NCBI GenBank assembly: GCA_902632315.1
Contig: CACPCD010000003.1
Span: 135-64,134, forward strand
Source: an uncultured Pelagibacteraceae bacterium
Lineage (GTDB): Bacteria > Pseudomonadota > Alphaproteobacteria > Pelagibacterales > Pelagibacteraceae
DNA: 64,000 nt
Direction of reading: 5' to 3'
Made by a program: the position numbers and the translations under genes. Shown here in pieces: positions 16,078 through 26,852 of the stretch (positions are counted from its first letter, which is position 1; the number at the start of each line of letters is the position of its first letter). Below the pieces are notes generated by a model. That model worked only from the letters and a program-made list of their open reading frames with translations. It searched no databases and was not told where the DNA came from.

Positions 16078-17760
16078 ATGTTTTTTAAAAAAAAAATACT
16101 GATCTTATTGATCTTTTTATTATATCAAAACCCACTTTACTCGAAAAGTAATAGTTTTAATGATTTTAATTCCAAAAACCTTTCAAAATATTTTTCTGGA
16201 ATTGTAGCATTTGAAAACAAAAATAATTCAAAAGCTCTCAAATTCTTTAATTCCTCTAGAATTTTAATTGATAAACATGACCCATATCTAAAAAGATTAA
16301 TTAATTCTCTAGTATTAGAGAACAAAGTTTCTCAAGCAATTAATGAAATAAAACGAAACAAAGGAAAAAAAAATTCTTATTTTTTTGATGCTTACTTGCT
16401 ACTGACTTTAGATAATATAAAAAAAGGTAATTTTGATCTTGCCTCAAAACAATTGGAAAATGCAATAACTCTTGCTCACCAAAACAATTTTGATACAGCG
16501 ATAGTAGAAACATTAAAGCAATATATTTTTGTATTTAAAGAAAAAAAAATTTCAAAAGATAAAAAAAATTTTGGTAAATTTTCAGTTATTTCAGAGACTT
16601 TTCAAAGATGCTACTTGGGAAAAAAAGATACAGACTCATTTTTTAAACAATTATTTAACGATCCTAGTAATGACTATACAAGATATATTTATTTTTATTT
16701 AAGCTATTTAATTGAAGAAAATAGATTAAATGAAGCGAGAAAAATATCTGAAGAAATACAGTATGCTAACACTACACTGTTGTTATCTCAGGGTAAAAGC
16801 TGGATAGAAAACGAATATATGGAAAAATTTTCTCAAGTTTTCTCATGCAAAGACCACAATCATATCGTAAGTGAGTATCTTTTTTTAATTTCAAATCTTT
16901 ACTCGTCTCAAGATGATTTTGAGAGATCTAATTATTTTCTAAATTTATCAATCTTTTTAAATCCAAAATTTGTGTTTAATATATCATTAATAGCAGAAAA
17001 CCATTTCTTCAATAGTGAATATAAAAAAGCTAAAAAAACTTTAAAAAATTTTAAAAGGGATAGCGAATTTTACTATTGGTATAGAGTAAAAAAGGAAACT
17101 CAAATTATAGCAAAACAAAAAAGTAAAAAAGAATCATTAGATTTTTTAGAAGCTGAATTTAACAAAATTAATAAACCAAATGAAAAACATTTACTTGATA
17201 TGGCTAATTTTTATAGAAATGCCAAGGAGTATGATAAAGCAATAATATATTATACCAAAATAATTCAAACTATTGGTGATAATATAGATATAAAATCCGA
17301 TCTCCTTTATAGGAGAGGAGGATGCTATGAAAGAATTGGTAACTACAAAGAGGCAGATAGGGATTTATTACTTTCTTTAGAGATTAATCCAGATGATGCC
17401 TACGTTTTAAATTATCTTGCTTATTCCTGGCTTGAAAGAAATCATAAAATTGATGATGCAATTAAAATGCTTGAAAAGGCATACGCATCAAAAAGTGATG
17501 ATCCTTATATAATAGATTCAATTGGTTGGGCTTATTATTTAATTGAGGATTATATCAAAGCTGAAAAATTTTTAAAAAGAGCTGTTGAGCTTATGCCAGA
17601 TGATCCAATTGTTAACGACCATTACGCGGATATTTTATGGAGATTAGATAGAAAAATACAGGCGAGATATTTTTGGTCAAACGTTTTAGACATGGAAGAT
17701 ACTGAAGAAGACATGTTAAAAAAGATAAATCAAAAATTAATTGAAGGTCCTAAAAGCTAA
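16078..17760 (+). CDS. Exported tetratricopeptide-repeat protein
   Basis: Signal peptide; VLNYLAYSW, YIIDSIGWAYY and NDHYADILW TPR motifs; conserved position upstream of ispE. Confidence 0.88.
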   Translation: MFFKKKILILLIFLLYQNPLYSKSNSFNDFNSKNLSKYFSGIVAFENKNNSKALKFFNSSRILIDKHDPYLKRLINSLVLENKVSQAINEIKRNKGKKNSYFFDAYLLLTLDNIKKGNFDLASKQLENAITLAHQNNFDTAIVETLKQYIFVFKEKKISKDKKNFGKFSVISETFQRCYLGKKDTDSFFKQLFNDPSNDYTRYIYFYLSYLIEENRLNEARKISEEIQYANTTLLLSQGKSWIENEYMEKFSQVFSCKDHNHIVSEYLFLISNLYSSQDDFERSNYFLNLSIFLNPKFVFNISLIAENHFFNSEYKKAKKTLKNFKRDSEFYYWYRVKKETQIIAKQKSKKESLDFLEAEFNKINKPNEKHLLDMANFYRNAKEYDKAIIYYTKIIQTIGDNIDIKSDLLYRRGGCYERIGNYKEADRDLLLSLEINPDDAYVLNYLAYSWLERNHKIDDAIKMLEKAYASKSDDPYIIDSIGWAYYLIEDYIKAEKFLKRAVELMPDDPIVNDHYADILWRLDRKIQARYFWSNVLDMEDTEEDMLKKINQKLIEGPKS

Positions 17761-17764
17761 TTTC

Positions 17765-18610
17765 ATGAATTTTGACAAGATTAAATCTCATGCCAAAATA
17801 AATGTTGCTTTAAATATTACAGGTAAAACTAATTTTTTTCACAAAATAGAGAGTATAATTTCATTTATTTCGTTACATGATGAAATTTTTATTAAAGAGA
17901 TAAAATCTAAAAAGCACAAAATTTTATTTTATGGTGAATTCTCAAAGAATATTAGTAAAAACAATACAGTATCTAAGTTATTAAGACTTTTAGAAAAAAA
18001 AAAATTTCTTAAAAATAAAAAGTTTCATATTAAGATAAAAAAAAATATACCTAACAAAGCTGGTTTTGGAGGAGGTTCAATGAATGCTTCAAATATTTTA
18101 AAATATCTTTTAAAAAAAAAGATTGTTAAGATAAATGAGAAAGAAATTAAAAATATTTGTTATTTAATTGGATCAGATGTCATTTTGGGCCTAAATTCTT
18201 CTAGCGCTATTCTGAAATCAAAAAATGAGATTAAATTTTTTAAAAACTTTGAAAAGTTTTATGTTTTATTAGTAAAACCCAACTTTGGCTGTTCAACAAA
18301 AGAAATATATTCAAATGTGAAAGGATATAGCAAACCTCAATTTCGAAAGCCAAATAAAAAAATGTTTAAACTAAATTTTCTTAAAAAAACTAATAATTCT
18401 TTGGAAGCTATTGCTTTTTCAAAATATCCAAAGTTAAAATCAATAAAATTATATCTTGAAAATTCTCTTAAACCCTTATTTGTGAGAATGACAGGATCAG
18501 GATCTGCACTTGTTGCATATTATCATTCAAAAGATATATGTAAAAATGCGAAAAAAAAATTTAATCAAAAATATAAAAATTACTGGTGTATAGCATCAAA
18601 AACTATATAA
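17765..18610 (+). CDS. ispE: 4-diphosphocytidyl-2-C-methyl-D-erythritol kinase
   Basis: AKIN, IP..AGFGGGS, GSDV, STKEIY, RMTGSGS; start reassigned to ATG 17765. Confidence 0.92.
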   Translation: MNFDKIKSHAKINVALNITGKTNFFHKIESIISFISLHDEIFIKEIKSKKHKILFYGEFSKNISKNNTVSKLLRLLEKKKFLKNKKFHIKIKKNIPNKAGFGGGSMNASNILKYLLKKKIVKINEKEIKNICYLIGSDVILGLNSSSAILKSKNEIKFFKNFEKFYVLLVKPNFGCSTKEIYSNVKGYSKPQFRKPNKKMFKLNFLKKTNNSLEAIAFSKYPKLKSIKLYLENSLKPLFVRMTGSGSALVAYYHSKDICKNAKKKFNQKYKNYWCIASKTI

Positions 18611-18643
18611 ATTTTATTTTTTTGTGTTATACGAACTTTATAT

Positions 18644-18717
18644 TGGGGCGTAGCCAAGCGGTAAGGCACGGGTTTTTGGTACCTGCATCCTAGGTTCGAA
18701 TCCTAGCGCCCCAGCCA
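18644..18717 (+). tRNA. tRNA-Gln(TTG)
   Basis: TGGGGCG/CGCCCCA acceptor stem, anticodon loop TTTTGGT, GGTTCGAATCC T-arm, encoded CCA. Confidence 0.97.
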
Positions 18718-18720
18718 ATT

Positions 18721-19995
18721 ATGAAAAACTTTTTAGACAAAATCTTTTTAAGATCCAACAACCTGGAATACATAAGTGCCAACATTAGAAATCTTAGTAA
18801 GAAAAAACCAGTGAGTAAAATTTTTAATGCTATTAATTCCTTTTCTTCAGAAAGTGAAATCAGATATGTAGGTGGTTGTATAAGAAAAATAATTAATCAG
18901 GAAGAAGTGGACGATATTGATTTAGCTACAAATTTAATTCCCCAGCAAGTTTGTGAAATATTAGAGAAAAATAAAATTAAATTTTATGAAACTGGAATAC
19001 AGCATGGAACTATTACCGCATTAATTGATCAATATAAATTTGAGATAACCAGTTTACGAGAAGATATTTCAACAGATGGTAGACATGCAAAGGTGAAATT
19101 TTCAAAAAATTGGAAAGAAGATGCCCTACGAAGAGATTTTACTATAAATTCAATATATTCAGATAGAGATGGAAATTTGTTTGATCCTTTTAACGGAAAA
19201 GATGATTTAGAAAAAGGTTTGATTAGGTTTATTGGAGATGCCAATCAAAGAATTAACGAAGATTTTTTAAGGATTTTAAGATATTTAAGATTTTTTTTAA
19301 ATTATTCAAAACAACCCCACGATTTAGAAGTTATTAGTAAATTAAAAAGGAATATAGATGGTGTATCTTACTTATCAAAAGAGAGGTTGTTAGATGAACT
19401 CAAAAAAATTACCAAATTGAGTACACTAGAAAAACTATCAAAGGATAAAATAAGTCTTGAAATTATTTTAGCAATTTTTCCAGAATTAAAAAATATTCGT
19501 ATTTTTTCTAAACTCAATTTAGAAAAAAAAGAAATCTTAAAAAAAGTAGATTTTATTTTTTTGTTATCATTAATGATTATTGATGAATCAGACAATACAG
19601 ACTATTTTTTATATAAGTATAATATTTCTAAAATAGATAAAAAAAGAATAGAGATTATCAAAAATTTCTATAAGGAAAAGACAAACACAAACACCTTTAA
19701 AGAAAATAATTTAAATAAAATTTTCTACCATTATGGGAGACAAGCTATTGAAGATATTTTAATTTTTAAAATAATTAAATTCCAAAAATATGATCAAAGC
19801 TTATTGGAAACTTTAAAAGTTTACGAAAATAAAAAAAAACCACAGATGCCTTTAGGTGCAAAAAAGTTGATGGAAAAATATAAAATTCCAGAGGGTAAAC
19901 AGTTGGGAAATAAGCTTAAAATAATTGAAGAACAATGGATAAACAATAATTTTCAAATATCTGAAAAGCAAGTTGAACAAATAATAAATAGTTAG
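18721..19995 (+). CDS. cca: CCA tRNA nucleotidyltransferase
   Basis: VGGCIR...DDIDLAT, HGT, EITSLR, DGRHA, RRDFTIN, EDFLRILR, SKER. Confidence 0.92.
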   Translation: MKNFLDKIFLRSNNLEYISANIRNLSKKKPVSKIFNAINSFSSESEIRYVGGCIRKIINQEEVDDIDLATNLIPQQVCEILEKNKIKFYETGIQHGTITALIDQYKFEITSLREDISTDGRHAKVKFSKNWKEDALRRDFTINSIYSDRDGNLFDPFNGKDDLEKGLIRFIGDANQRINEDFLRILRYLRFFLNYSKQPHDLEVISKLKRNIDGVSYLSKERLLDELKKITKLSTLEKLSKDKISLEIILAIFPELKNIRIFSKLNLEKKEILKKVDFIFLLSLMIIDESDNTDYFLYKYNISKIDKKRIEIIKNFYKEKTNTNTFKENNLNKIFYHYGRQAIEDILIFKIIKFQKYDQSLLETLKVYENKKKPQMPLGAKKLMEKYKIPEGKQLGNKLKIIEEQWINNNFQISEKQVEQIINS

Positions 19996-20468
19996 ATATA
20001 TTTAACGTCTTTTATCTCAAAATTTTTTACACCAGCTGGAGTTTTTATTTCCACCAAATCGTTTTTGTTTTTTCCAATTAATCCTTTCCCAATTGGTGAT
20101 TGGAAATAGATTAATTTTTGTTTAAGATCCGCTTCGTCTTTGCCAACAATTTTGTAACTTATTTTTTCACCATTATCTAAGTTTTCTAAAAATACTGTCG
20201 AGCCAAAAATGACTTTGCCATCATTATTTAACTTTGTAACATCAATTACGTTTGCTCTAGCAATAATATCATTTATTTCTGTAATACGACCTTCGTTATG
20301 GGACTGTTCTTCTTTAGCAGCATGATATTCTGCATTTTCTTTTAGATCCCCATGAGATCTTGCTTCAGCTATTGCTGAAACAATCTCAGGTCTTTTTTTT
20401 TCTTTCAAAAAAATTAATTCTTCTTTAAGTTTTTTAAGACCATTTGATGTAATAGGTTCTTTAGTCAT
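19992..20468 (-). CDS. greA: Transcription elongation factor GreA
   Basis: HGDLKENAEYHAAK, SPIGKGLIGK. Confidence 0.97.
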   Translation of the reverse strand: MTKEPITSNGLKKLKEELIFLKEKKRPEIVSAIAEARSHGDLKENAEYHAAKEEQSHNEGRITEINDIIARANVIDVTKLNNDGKVIFGSTVFLENLDNGEKISYKIVGKDEADLKQKLIYFQSPIGKGLIGKNKNDLVEIKTPAGVKNFEIKDVKYI

Positions 20469-21296
20469 TTATTTCCATTTAGCTAGAGGTGGTAATGACA
20501 TCAAAATTCCTTCAATATTTCCACCTGTTTGTAATCCAAATTTCGTACCTCTATCGTAAAGTAAATTAAACTCAGTGTAGCGTCCTCTTTTAAAATATTG
20601 TATTTCTTTATCTTTCTTTGTCCATTTTTTTTTAAGTTTTTTTCTAATTATTTTATTAAATATAAATTGAAATGTAATACCGACATCTCTTACAAACATG
20701 AAATCTTTTTCAAAACTATTATTTTTATAATCAAAAAAAATACCACCTATACCTCTTGACTCTTTTCTATGAGGTAAATAAAAATATTTATCACACCATT
20801 CTTTATATCTTTTATAGAAATTTTTATTGTGTCGATTGCACATATTTCTTAATATTTTGTGAAATTCTTTTTTTTCTTTTTTGTCTATCTTTGATGGAGT
20901 TACATCCATTCCACCTCCAAACCAATCATGTGTAGTACAAATATATCTGGTATTAAAATGCATTGCAGGAATTAAAGGATTTTTCATGTGCATAACAACT
21001 GAAATTCCAGAAGCCCAAAACCTAGGATCTTTTTGAGCACCAGGTATATTTTTTTGAAATTCTTTTGGAAATTTTCCGTAGACTTTTGAAAAATTTACAC
21101 CAACTTTATCAAAAACTTTTCCACCCTTGAGAATTCTATATTCACCACCACCTTCATCTCTTGAGATATTTCTTTTCCAAGTTTTTGACTGAAATTTTAT
21201 TTTATTTTTTTCAAGTTTTAAAATGTCATAACAAAATGAATCTTGTAGTATCTTGAACCAATTACTTGCTAAATCCTTTTTAATTTCTAAATTCAT
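20469..21296 (-). CDS. hemF: Oxygen-dependent coproporphyrinogen III oxidase
   Basis: GVNFS, HFNTR, WFGGGMD, RGIGGIFFD, RGRYTEFNLLYDRGTKFGL. Confidence 0.97.
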   Translation of the reverse strand: MNLEIKKDLASNWFKILQDSFCYDILKLEKNKIKFQSKTWKRNISRDEGGGEYRILKGGKVFDKVGVNFSKVYGKFPKEFQKNIPGAQKDPRFWASGISVVMHMKNPLIPAMHFNTRYICTTHDWFGGGMDVTPSKIDKKEKKEFHKILRNMCNRHNKNFYKRYKEWCDKYFYLPHRKESRGIGGIFFDYKNNSFEKDFMFVRDVGITFQFIFNKIIRKKLKKKWTKKDKEIQYFKRGRYTEFNLLYDRGTKFGLQTGGNIEGILMSLPPLAKWK

Positions 21297-21297
21297 A

Positions 21298-21771
21298 CTA
21301 AATAAGTTTAATTTGTCTTATGCATTCCGATAAAACAATTGCCACAGAGGAAGCAATATTAAGAGAACGTTTAGAGCTTACCATAGGTATTTTTAAACGA
21401 TTTTTAATAATTTTATGAAGTTTTTCTGGCACACCCGCACTTTCTCTTCCAAATAAAATTGTGTCATTATTATTAAATTTAAAATTTGTATAGGATGAGT
21501 TACCCTTGGTTGTCATTAATACAATCCTTTGATCCTTTTTAATATCTAAAAAATGGTCGATACTTTTAAAAAAAAATAAGTCTCTATTGTCCATATAATC
21601 CATGACCACTCTTTTAAACCTTTTATCGTAAAAAGAAAAACCGCAAGGTTCAATAATCTCTAATTTTGCGCCTAAACAAGCACATGTCCTCATTATTGCT
21701 GCTGTATTTTGAGGAATATCTGGTTCAAATAAAGCAATTTTAAGCCCCTGATATTGAAGATTATGTGTCAT
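21298..21771 (-). CDS. trmL: tRNA (cytidine/uridine 34-2'-O)-methyltransferase
   Basis: EPDIPQNT, FGRESAG, IPM..RSLN SPOUT motifs. Confidence 0.93.
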   Translation of the reverse strand: MTHNLQYQGLKIALFEPDIPQNTAAIMRTCACLGAKLEIIEPCGFSFYDKRFKRVVMDYMDNRDLFFFKSIDHFLDIKKDQRIVLMTTKGNSSYTNFKFNNNDTILFGRESAGVPEKLHKIIKNRLKIPMVSSKRSLNIASSVAIVLSECIRQIKLI

Positions 21772-21859
21772 TCTTTCAGTAGAAAAATATTACTTTTTTA
21801 TTATATGTAATCATATAATAACAATCTAAATCAATATATAGAATTATACGAAGTAAAAA

Positions 21860-22369
21860 ATGGCGGAAAAAAAAACTAAAAGAAGAGACTTTTTATTCAC
21901 TGCAACTTATGCAGTTGGTGCAGTAGGAGTTGGAGCGGTTGTTTGGCCTATGATAGACCAGATGAATCCAGATGCTTCAGTCAAGGCATTAGCAAGCACT
22001 GAAGTTGATGTCAGCACGGTAAATCCAGGAAATACTATAACTGTGTTGTGGAGGGGTAAGCCAGTTTTTATTCGAAGAAGAACTCAAGAGGAAATTGTTG
22101 AAGCAAAGTCTGTCAAAATGGATGAATTAAAACACCCAGAAAAAGATGAAGATCGAGCAAAAAATCCTGAGTGGCTAGTTATGCTTGGTGTCTGTACTCA
22201 TTTAGGATGCGTTCCTCTAGATCAAAAAGGGGATTATAATGGTTGGTTTTGCCCATGTCACGGTTCTCACTACGATATTTCAGGGAGAATTAGAAAAGGC
22301 CCAGCGCCTACTAACATGGAAGTTCCTAAATATGAATTTGTTAATGCTAATACAATTAAGATTGGATAA
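21860..22369 (+). CDS. petA: Cytochrome bc1 Rieske Fe-S subunit
   Basis: Tat motif [20 protein letters not shown]. Confidence 0.98.
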   Translation: MAEKKTKRRDFLFTATYAVGAVGVGAVVWPMIDQMNPDASVKALASTEVDVSTVNPGNTITVLWRGKPVFIRRRTQEEIVEAKSVKMDELKHPEKDEDRAKNPEWLVMLGVCTHLGCVPLDQKGDYNGWFCPCHGSHYDISGRIRKGPAPTNMEVPKYEFVNANTIKIG

Positions 22370-22373
22370 ATAA

Positions 22374-23636
22374 ATGAGTGATCATAATTACACACCTTCA
22401 TCTAAAGTTGGAAAATGGTTCAATGATAGATTGCCATTACTTACTCTAGCAAATCATTTAACAGATTACCCAACACCAAAAAATCTAAATTACTGGTGGA
22501 CTTTTGGTGGAATACTTACTTTTTGTTTAATAACTCAAATTGTTACAGGATTAACATTGGCAATGCATTATATTGCTCATGCTGACATGGCTTTTGAGAG
22601 CGTTGAGCACATTATGAGGGATGTGAATTACGGTTGGTTAATTAGATATATACATGCGAATGGTGCATCTATGTTTTTTCTTGCAGTTTATATTCACATA
22701 TTTAGATCTTTGTTTTATGGATCATATAAATCACCAAGAGAGATTATTTGGATTATTGGTATTATCATTTACTTATTAATGATGGCAGCTGCTTTTATGG
22801 GATATGTTCTCCCATGGGGACAAATGAGTTTTTGGGGAGCTACTGTTATAACTAATTTATTCAGCGCCATTCCATTAGTTGGAGAGGGTATAGTCACGTG
22901 GCTATGGGGTGGATACTCAGTTGATAATCCCACATTAACCAGATTTTTCACTTTACATTATTTAATTCCTTTTCTTATTTTAGGATTAGTTGTTCTGCAT
23001 ATCTGGGCACTACATGTACCTGGAAACAATAATCCTGTTGGTATTGATATTAAAAAACCTTCAAAAGATACTGTTCCATTCCATCCCTACATAGTAATTA
23101 AAGATGGTTTTGCTCTATTAATGTTCATGATCGTTTTTGCTTTTTTTGTTTTTTACACTCCGAACATTTTAGGACATGCAGATAATTATATTGAGGCAGA
23201 TCCATTAGTAACGCCTGCTCATATTGTTCCAGAGTGGTATCTATTACCTTTTTACGCGATCCTAAGATCAGTTCCTGATAAACTATTAGGTGTTATTGCA
23301 ATGTTATCTGCAATTCTTATTTTAGCAGTGCTACCATGGCTTGATACATCAAAAATTAGATCCGCAGTATTTAGACCACTATATAAACAATTTTATTGGA
23401 TCCTAGTGGCTGATGTTTTAATATTGGGATATGTTGGGGCAATGCCTGCTGAAGGTTTGTACTTATTAATAGCTAGAGTAGCAACAGCGTATTATTTTTT
23501 ACATTTTTTAGTCATTTTACCAATATTAGGATTTAAAGAAAAAACACTACCGATGCCATTGAGCATAACAGAACCTATATTGGGTGGATCACCTAATTTA
23601 GCTGTTGCTAAAAATAAAGAAAGTTTAGACAAATAA
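22374..23636 (+). CDS. petB: Cytochrome b
   Basis: [20 protein letters not shown]. Confidence 0.99.
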   Translation: MSDHNYTPSSKVGKWFNDRLPLLTLANHLTDYPTPKNLNYWWTFGGILTFCLITQIVTGLTLAMHYIAHADMAFESVEHIMRDVNYGWLIRYIHANGASMFFLAVYIHIFRSLFYGSYKSPREIIWIIGIIIYLLMMAAAFMGYVLPWGQMSFWGATVITNLFSAIPLVGEGIVTWLWGGYSVDNPTLTRFFTLHYLIPFLILGLVVLHIWALHVPGNNNPVGIDIKKPSKDTVPFHPYIVIKDGFALLMFMIVFAFFVFYTPNILGHADNYIEADPLVTPAHIVPEWYLLPFYAILRSVPDKLLGVIAMLSAILILAVLPWLDTSKIRSAVFRPLYKQFYWILVADVLILGYVGAMPAEGLYLLIARVATAYYFLHFLVILPILGFKEKTLPMPLSITEPILGGSPNLAVAKNKESLDK

Positions 23637-24416
23637 GTGAAAAATTTTTTCAAGATCTTATCAATAATAGTTTTGTTGATTGGAGTATCTTCTAATACTA
23701 GTGCAGCAGAGAAATTAGAATATTTAAAAACTGATTGGAGTTTCAAGGGTATATTTGGAAAATTTGATCGTGGGGCACTTCAAAGAGGATATCAGGTTTA
23801 CACGGAAGTTTGTTCCTCATGTCACTCTATGAAGTATCTTAGTTATCGAAATTTAGCTGAAAAAGGTGGACCTGAATTTTCCGAAGCACAAGCTAAGGCG
23901 ATAGCAGCATCTTTTGAAGTTACTGATGGACCCAACTCAGATGGAGAAATGTTTACAAGACCTGGCAAGTTGTCAGATAAATTTGTAATGCCTTATGAGA
24001 ACGTAAAAGCAGCTCAAGCAGCTAATGGTGGAGCGTATCCTCCAGATATGTCAGTATTAGTAAAAGCAAGAGGCGGAGGTGTAGATTACATATATTCTCT
24101 TCTCCAAGGATATGACGAGCCTCCAGTGGGAGTAACTTTAGATGAAGGAGTTTATTACAACAAATACATGTACGGAAATAAAATTAAGATGTCTAATCCT
24201 TTATCTGATGGAATTGTAGAGTATTCAGATGGCACCATATCAAGTGTGGAACAAATGTCTAAAGATGTGACTACATTTCTAATGTGGGCAGCTGAACCTC
24301 ATTTAGAAACGAGACATAAGATGGGATTTAAAGCAATAATATATTTAATTATTTTAACAATATTAGTTTATTTTAGTATGAAAAAAATTTGGTCACGTGT
24401 TGAAACGGAAGTTTAA
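23637..24416 (+). CDS. petC: Cytochrome c1
   Basis: GTG start, signal peptide, CSSCH, PPDMS, C-terminal TM helix. Confidence 0.97.
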   Translation: MKNFFKILSIIVLLIGVSSNTSAAEKLEYLKTDWSFKGIFGKFDRGALQRGYQVYTEVCSSCHSMKYLSYRNLAEKGGPEFSEAQAKAIAASFEVTDGPNSDGEMFTRPGKLSDKFVMPYENVKAAQAANGGAYPPDMSVLVKARGGGVDYIYSLLQGYDEPPVGVTLDEGVYYNKYMYGNKIKMSNPLSDGIVEYSDGTISSVEQMSKDVTTFLMWAAEPHLETRHKMGFKAIIYLIILTILVYFSMKKIWSRVETEV

Positions 24417-25466
24417 AACATCACCATCTTTGACAATATAATCTTTACCTTCAAGTCGCATCTTTCCATTAGTCTTACAGTTTAACCATCCATCGTTAAC
24501 AACAAAATCATCATAAGACACGGTTTCTGCTCTAATAAATCCCTTTTCAAAGTCCGTATGAATTTCGCCTGCAGCTTTAGGAGCAGTACAATTTTTTTGA
24601 ATAGTCCACGCTCTTGTTTCTTCGGGTCCTGATGTAAAGAAAGTGTCTAATTCAAGAATTTTATAACCTTTTTGAATAAGCATATTCAATCCTGTTTCCT
24701 CTAAACCTATCATCTTCATATAACTTTCCTTTTCATCGAGTTCAAACCCATTAATTTGATTTTCAATGTCTGCAGATATAACTAAAGTATTTTCTTGTCC
24801 GAATTTATCAATAAAATTTTTTGTATAATTGTTGCCTTTTTGTAAGCTCTGCTCATCCACATTACAAACAAATATCTTTGGTTTTAAAGATAATAAACCA
24901 CTAAGGTTAATTTGTTTTTTATCAAAGTCATTATTGATGATTGAAAAATCTTTATCATTATTTATACAATCAAGAGCAATTTCAAGAATTCTAATTTGCT
25001 CTTCATCTACGTTTTTTTTATTATTTTTTTCTAACCTTTTTTGTATAGATTCTAGATCCGCTAGCATCATTTCAGTCTCAATAATCTCTAGATCTCTGAT
25101 CGGATCAACAGTTGGGTTTACATTTTGAATATCAGTCGAATCAAAACATCTGACCATATGAATTATTGCATCAACTTCTCTAATATGTGAAAGAAATTTA
25201 TTTCCTAAACCCTCTCCTTTTGATGCTCCTTTTACTAAACCGGCAATATCTACAAAAGAAATAGTTGTGTTAATTATTTTTTTTGATTTTGATACTTTAG
25301 CCAGCTTATCCAATCTTTGATCAGGCACAGACACTATTCCAATATTTGGGTCAATGGTGCAAAAAGGAAAGTTTGCGGCTTGGGCTTTATTGGAATTAGT
25401 TAAGGCATTAAATAGTGTTGATTTGCCAACATTAGGCAGCCCAACAATACCACACTTAAAACTCAT
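24393..25466 (-). CDS. ychF: Ribosome-binding ATPase YchF
   Basis: GLPNVGKST, NFPFCTIDPN, DIAGLV, IHTDFEKGFIRAE. Confidence 0.98.
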   Translation of the reverse strand: MSFKCGIVGLPNVGKSTLFNALTNSNKAQAANFPFCTIDPNIGIVSVPDQRLDKLAKVSKSKKIINTTISFVDIAGLVKGASKGEGLGNKFLSHIREVDAIIHMVRCFDSTDIQNVNPTVDPIRDLEIIETEMMLADLESIQKRLEKNNKKNVDEEQIRILEIALDCINNDKDFSIINNDFDKKQINLSGLLSLKPKIFVCNVDEQSLQKGNNYTKNFIDKFGQENTLVISADIENQINGFELDEKESYMKMIGLEETGLNMLIQKGYKILELDTFFTSGPEETRAWTIQKNCTAPKAAGEIHTDFEKGFIRAETVSYDDFVVNDGWLNCKTNGKMRLEGKDYIVKDGDVLNFRFNT

Positions 25467-26026
25467 TATTTATTGTTGACTGTGCTAGAGAATAAATCTA
25501 ATTTTTTCTCAACTAATATTGAAATTGAATCTGTTATGTCTTTTGATATTTTTTCAATACCAATAGTTTCATCTTCATCAAAGTTTTGTAATACGTAATC
25601 TGCAACTTCTATATTGCCTTTTGGTTTTCCAATCCCAATTCTAACTCTAGAATAGTCTTTTCCAATAAATTTATCTATTGATGCTATGCCATTATGACCT
25701 GCACTCGATCCACCAAATTTGGTTTTAATTTTTCCAAATTCTACATCTAAATCATCGTGAAAAACTATTATATTCTCAGCATCAATCTTAAAATATTCTA
25801 TAAGCTCCCTTATGCAGATTCCGGAATTATTCATAAAAGTTAAGGGCTTAATTGCGTATACCTTCTCATTTCCAATCTTGCCTGTAGTTAAGAGACCTTT
25901 AAATTTAGGCTTTTGTTTTGAAAGACTAAATTTTTTATTTATAGAGTCTATGATTTTAAATCCTACATTGTGTCTATTATTTTCACTATCTGGTGTTGGA
26001 TTACCTAGCCCTACAAATAATAGCAT
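25466..26026 (-). CDS. pth: Peptidyl-tRNA hydrolase
   Basis: GLGNP, RHNVGF, FMNNSG, HDDLD, GHNG. Confidence 0.97.
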   Translation of the reverse strand: MLLFVGLGNPTPDSENNRHNVGFKIIDSINKKFSLSKQKPKFKGLLTTGKIGNEKVYAIKPLTFMNNSGICIRELIEYFKIDAENIIVFHDDLDVEFGKIKTKFGGSSAGHNGIASIDKFIGKDYSRVRIGIGKPKGNIEVADYVLQNFDEDETIGIEKISKDITDSISILVEKKLDLFSSTVNNK

Positions 26027-26059
26027 AATTAATGGAATTAAATTTTCAATTTAGATTTA

Positions 26060-26809
26060 TTATTTTTTTTCAGTGGGTTTTTTTTCAGCAGGTTTTTTGT
26101 CATCACCCTCTTTTTTTTCACCTTTAGATCCATCTGCTGGTGTCTTATCTCCATCTGCAGCAGCTGCAGCTCCTTCAGCACCCTCTGCTCCCTCAGCTCC
26201 CTCGGCACCTTCTGCTGCCTCAGTTTCAGCTGGTTTCTCTGGTTCCTTCATTACTGTTGGTGCAGCTAGTGTTGCTATTACGAAGTCTCTTCCTTGAATA
26301 GTCGGCACAACATCATCTTCCAATTTAACAGACGAAATTTTAAAACTTTCCCCAATATCTATGCCATCAAGATCTAATGTTAAACTTCCAGGAATTTTTT
26401 CACTTGGACATTTTAATTCGACTTTTCTTCTTACTATATTTAAAACTCCACCTCTTTTTAAGCCAGGAGATTTTTCATGGTTGATAAAATTAACTGGTAC
26501 CTCAATTTTTATTTTAACACCAGGAAGTACTCTTAGAAAATCTACATGAGTTGGTTCATCACTTAGAATGTGATACTTTACTTCTCTAGGTAAAACGTTT
26601 TGCGTTTTACCATCAACATTTAAAGAAATTATGTTTGAAAGAAAGTTCTCTTTTTCAATTAACATCTTGAGTAGTTTTTTTGAAATGGAAATTTTTTGAT
26701 TTTGATCTTTGCCACCATATATGATTGCAGGAACATTGCCGTTTTTTCTAATGGCATTTAATTGACCCTTAGTACTGTTTTTCCTGATATTAGCTTCTAA
26801 TGAATTCAT
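26060..26809 (-). CDS. rplY: 50S ribosomal protein L25 / general stress protein Ctc
   Basis: VPAIIYG, HVDF, PGLKRGG; low-complexity C-terminal tail. Confidence 0.96.
   Translation of the reverse strand: MNSLEANIRKNSTKGQLNAIRKNGNVPAIIYGGKDQNQKISISKKLLKMLIEKENFLSNIISLNVDGKTQNVLPREVKYHILSDEPTHVDFLRVLPGVKIKIEVPVNFINHEKSPGLKRGGVLNIVRRKVELKCPSEKIPGSLTLDLDGIDIGESFKISSVKLEDDVVPTIQGRDFVIATLAAPTVMKEPEKPAETEAAEGAEGAEGAEGAEGAAAAADGDKTPADGSKGEKKEGDDKKPAEKKPTEKK
26171..26216 (-). repeat. In-frame 9-bp tandem repeat encoding (AEG)x4 in the L25 tail
   Basis: GCAGAAGGT GCCGAGGGA GCTGAGGGA GCAGAGGGT GCTGAAGGA on the minus strand, varying only at synonymous positions. Confidence 0.8.
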
Positions 26810-26852
26810 AAAACAAAGTTTTTTACCCCATGTTTATAAATAATCAAGGTAA

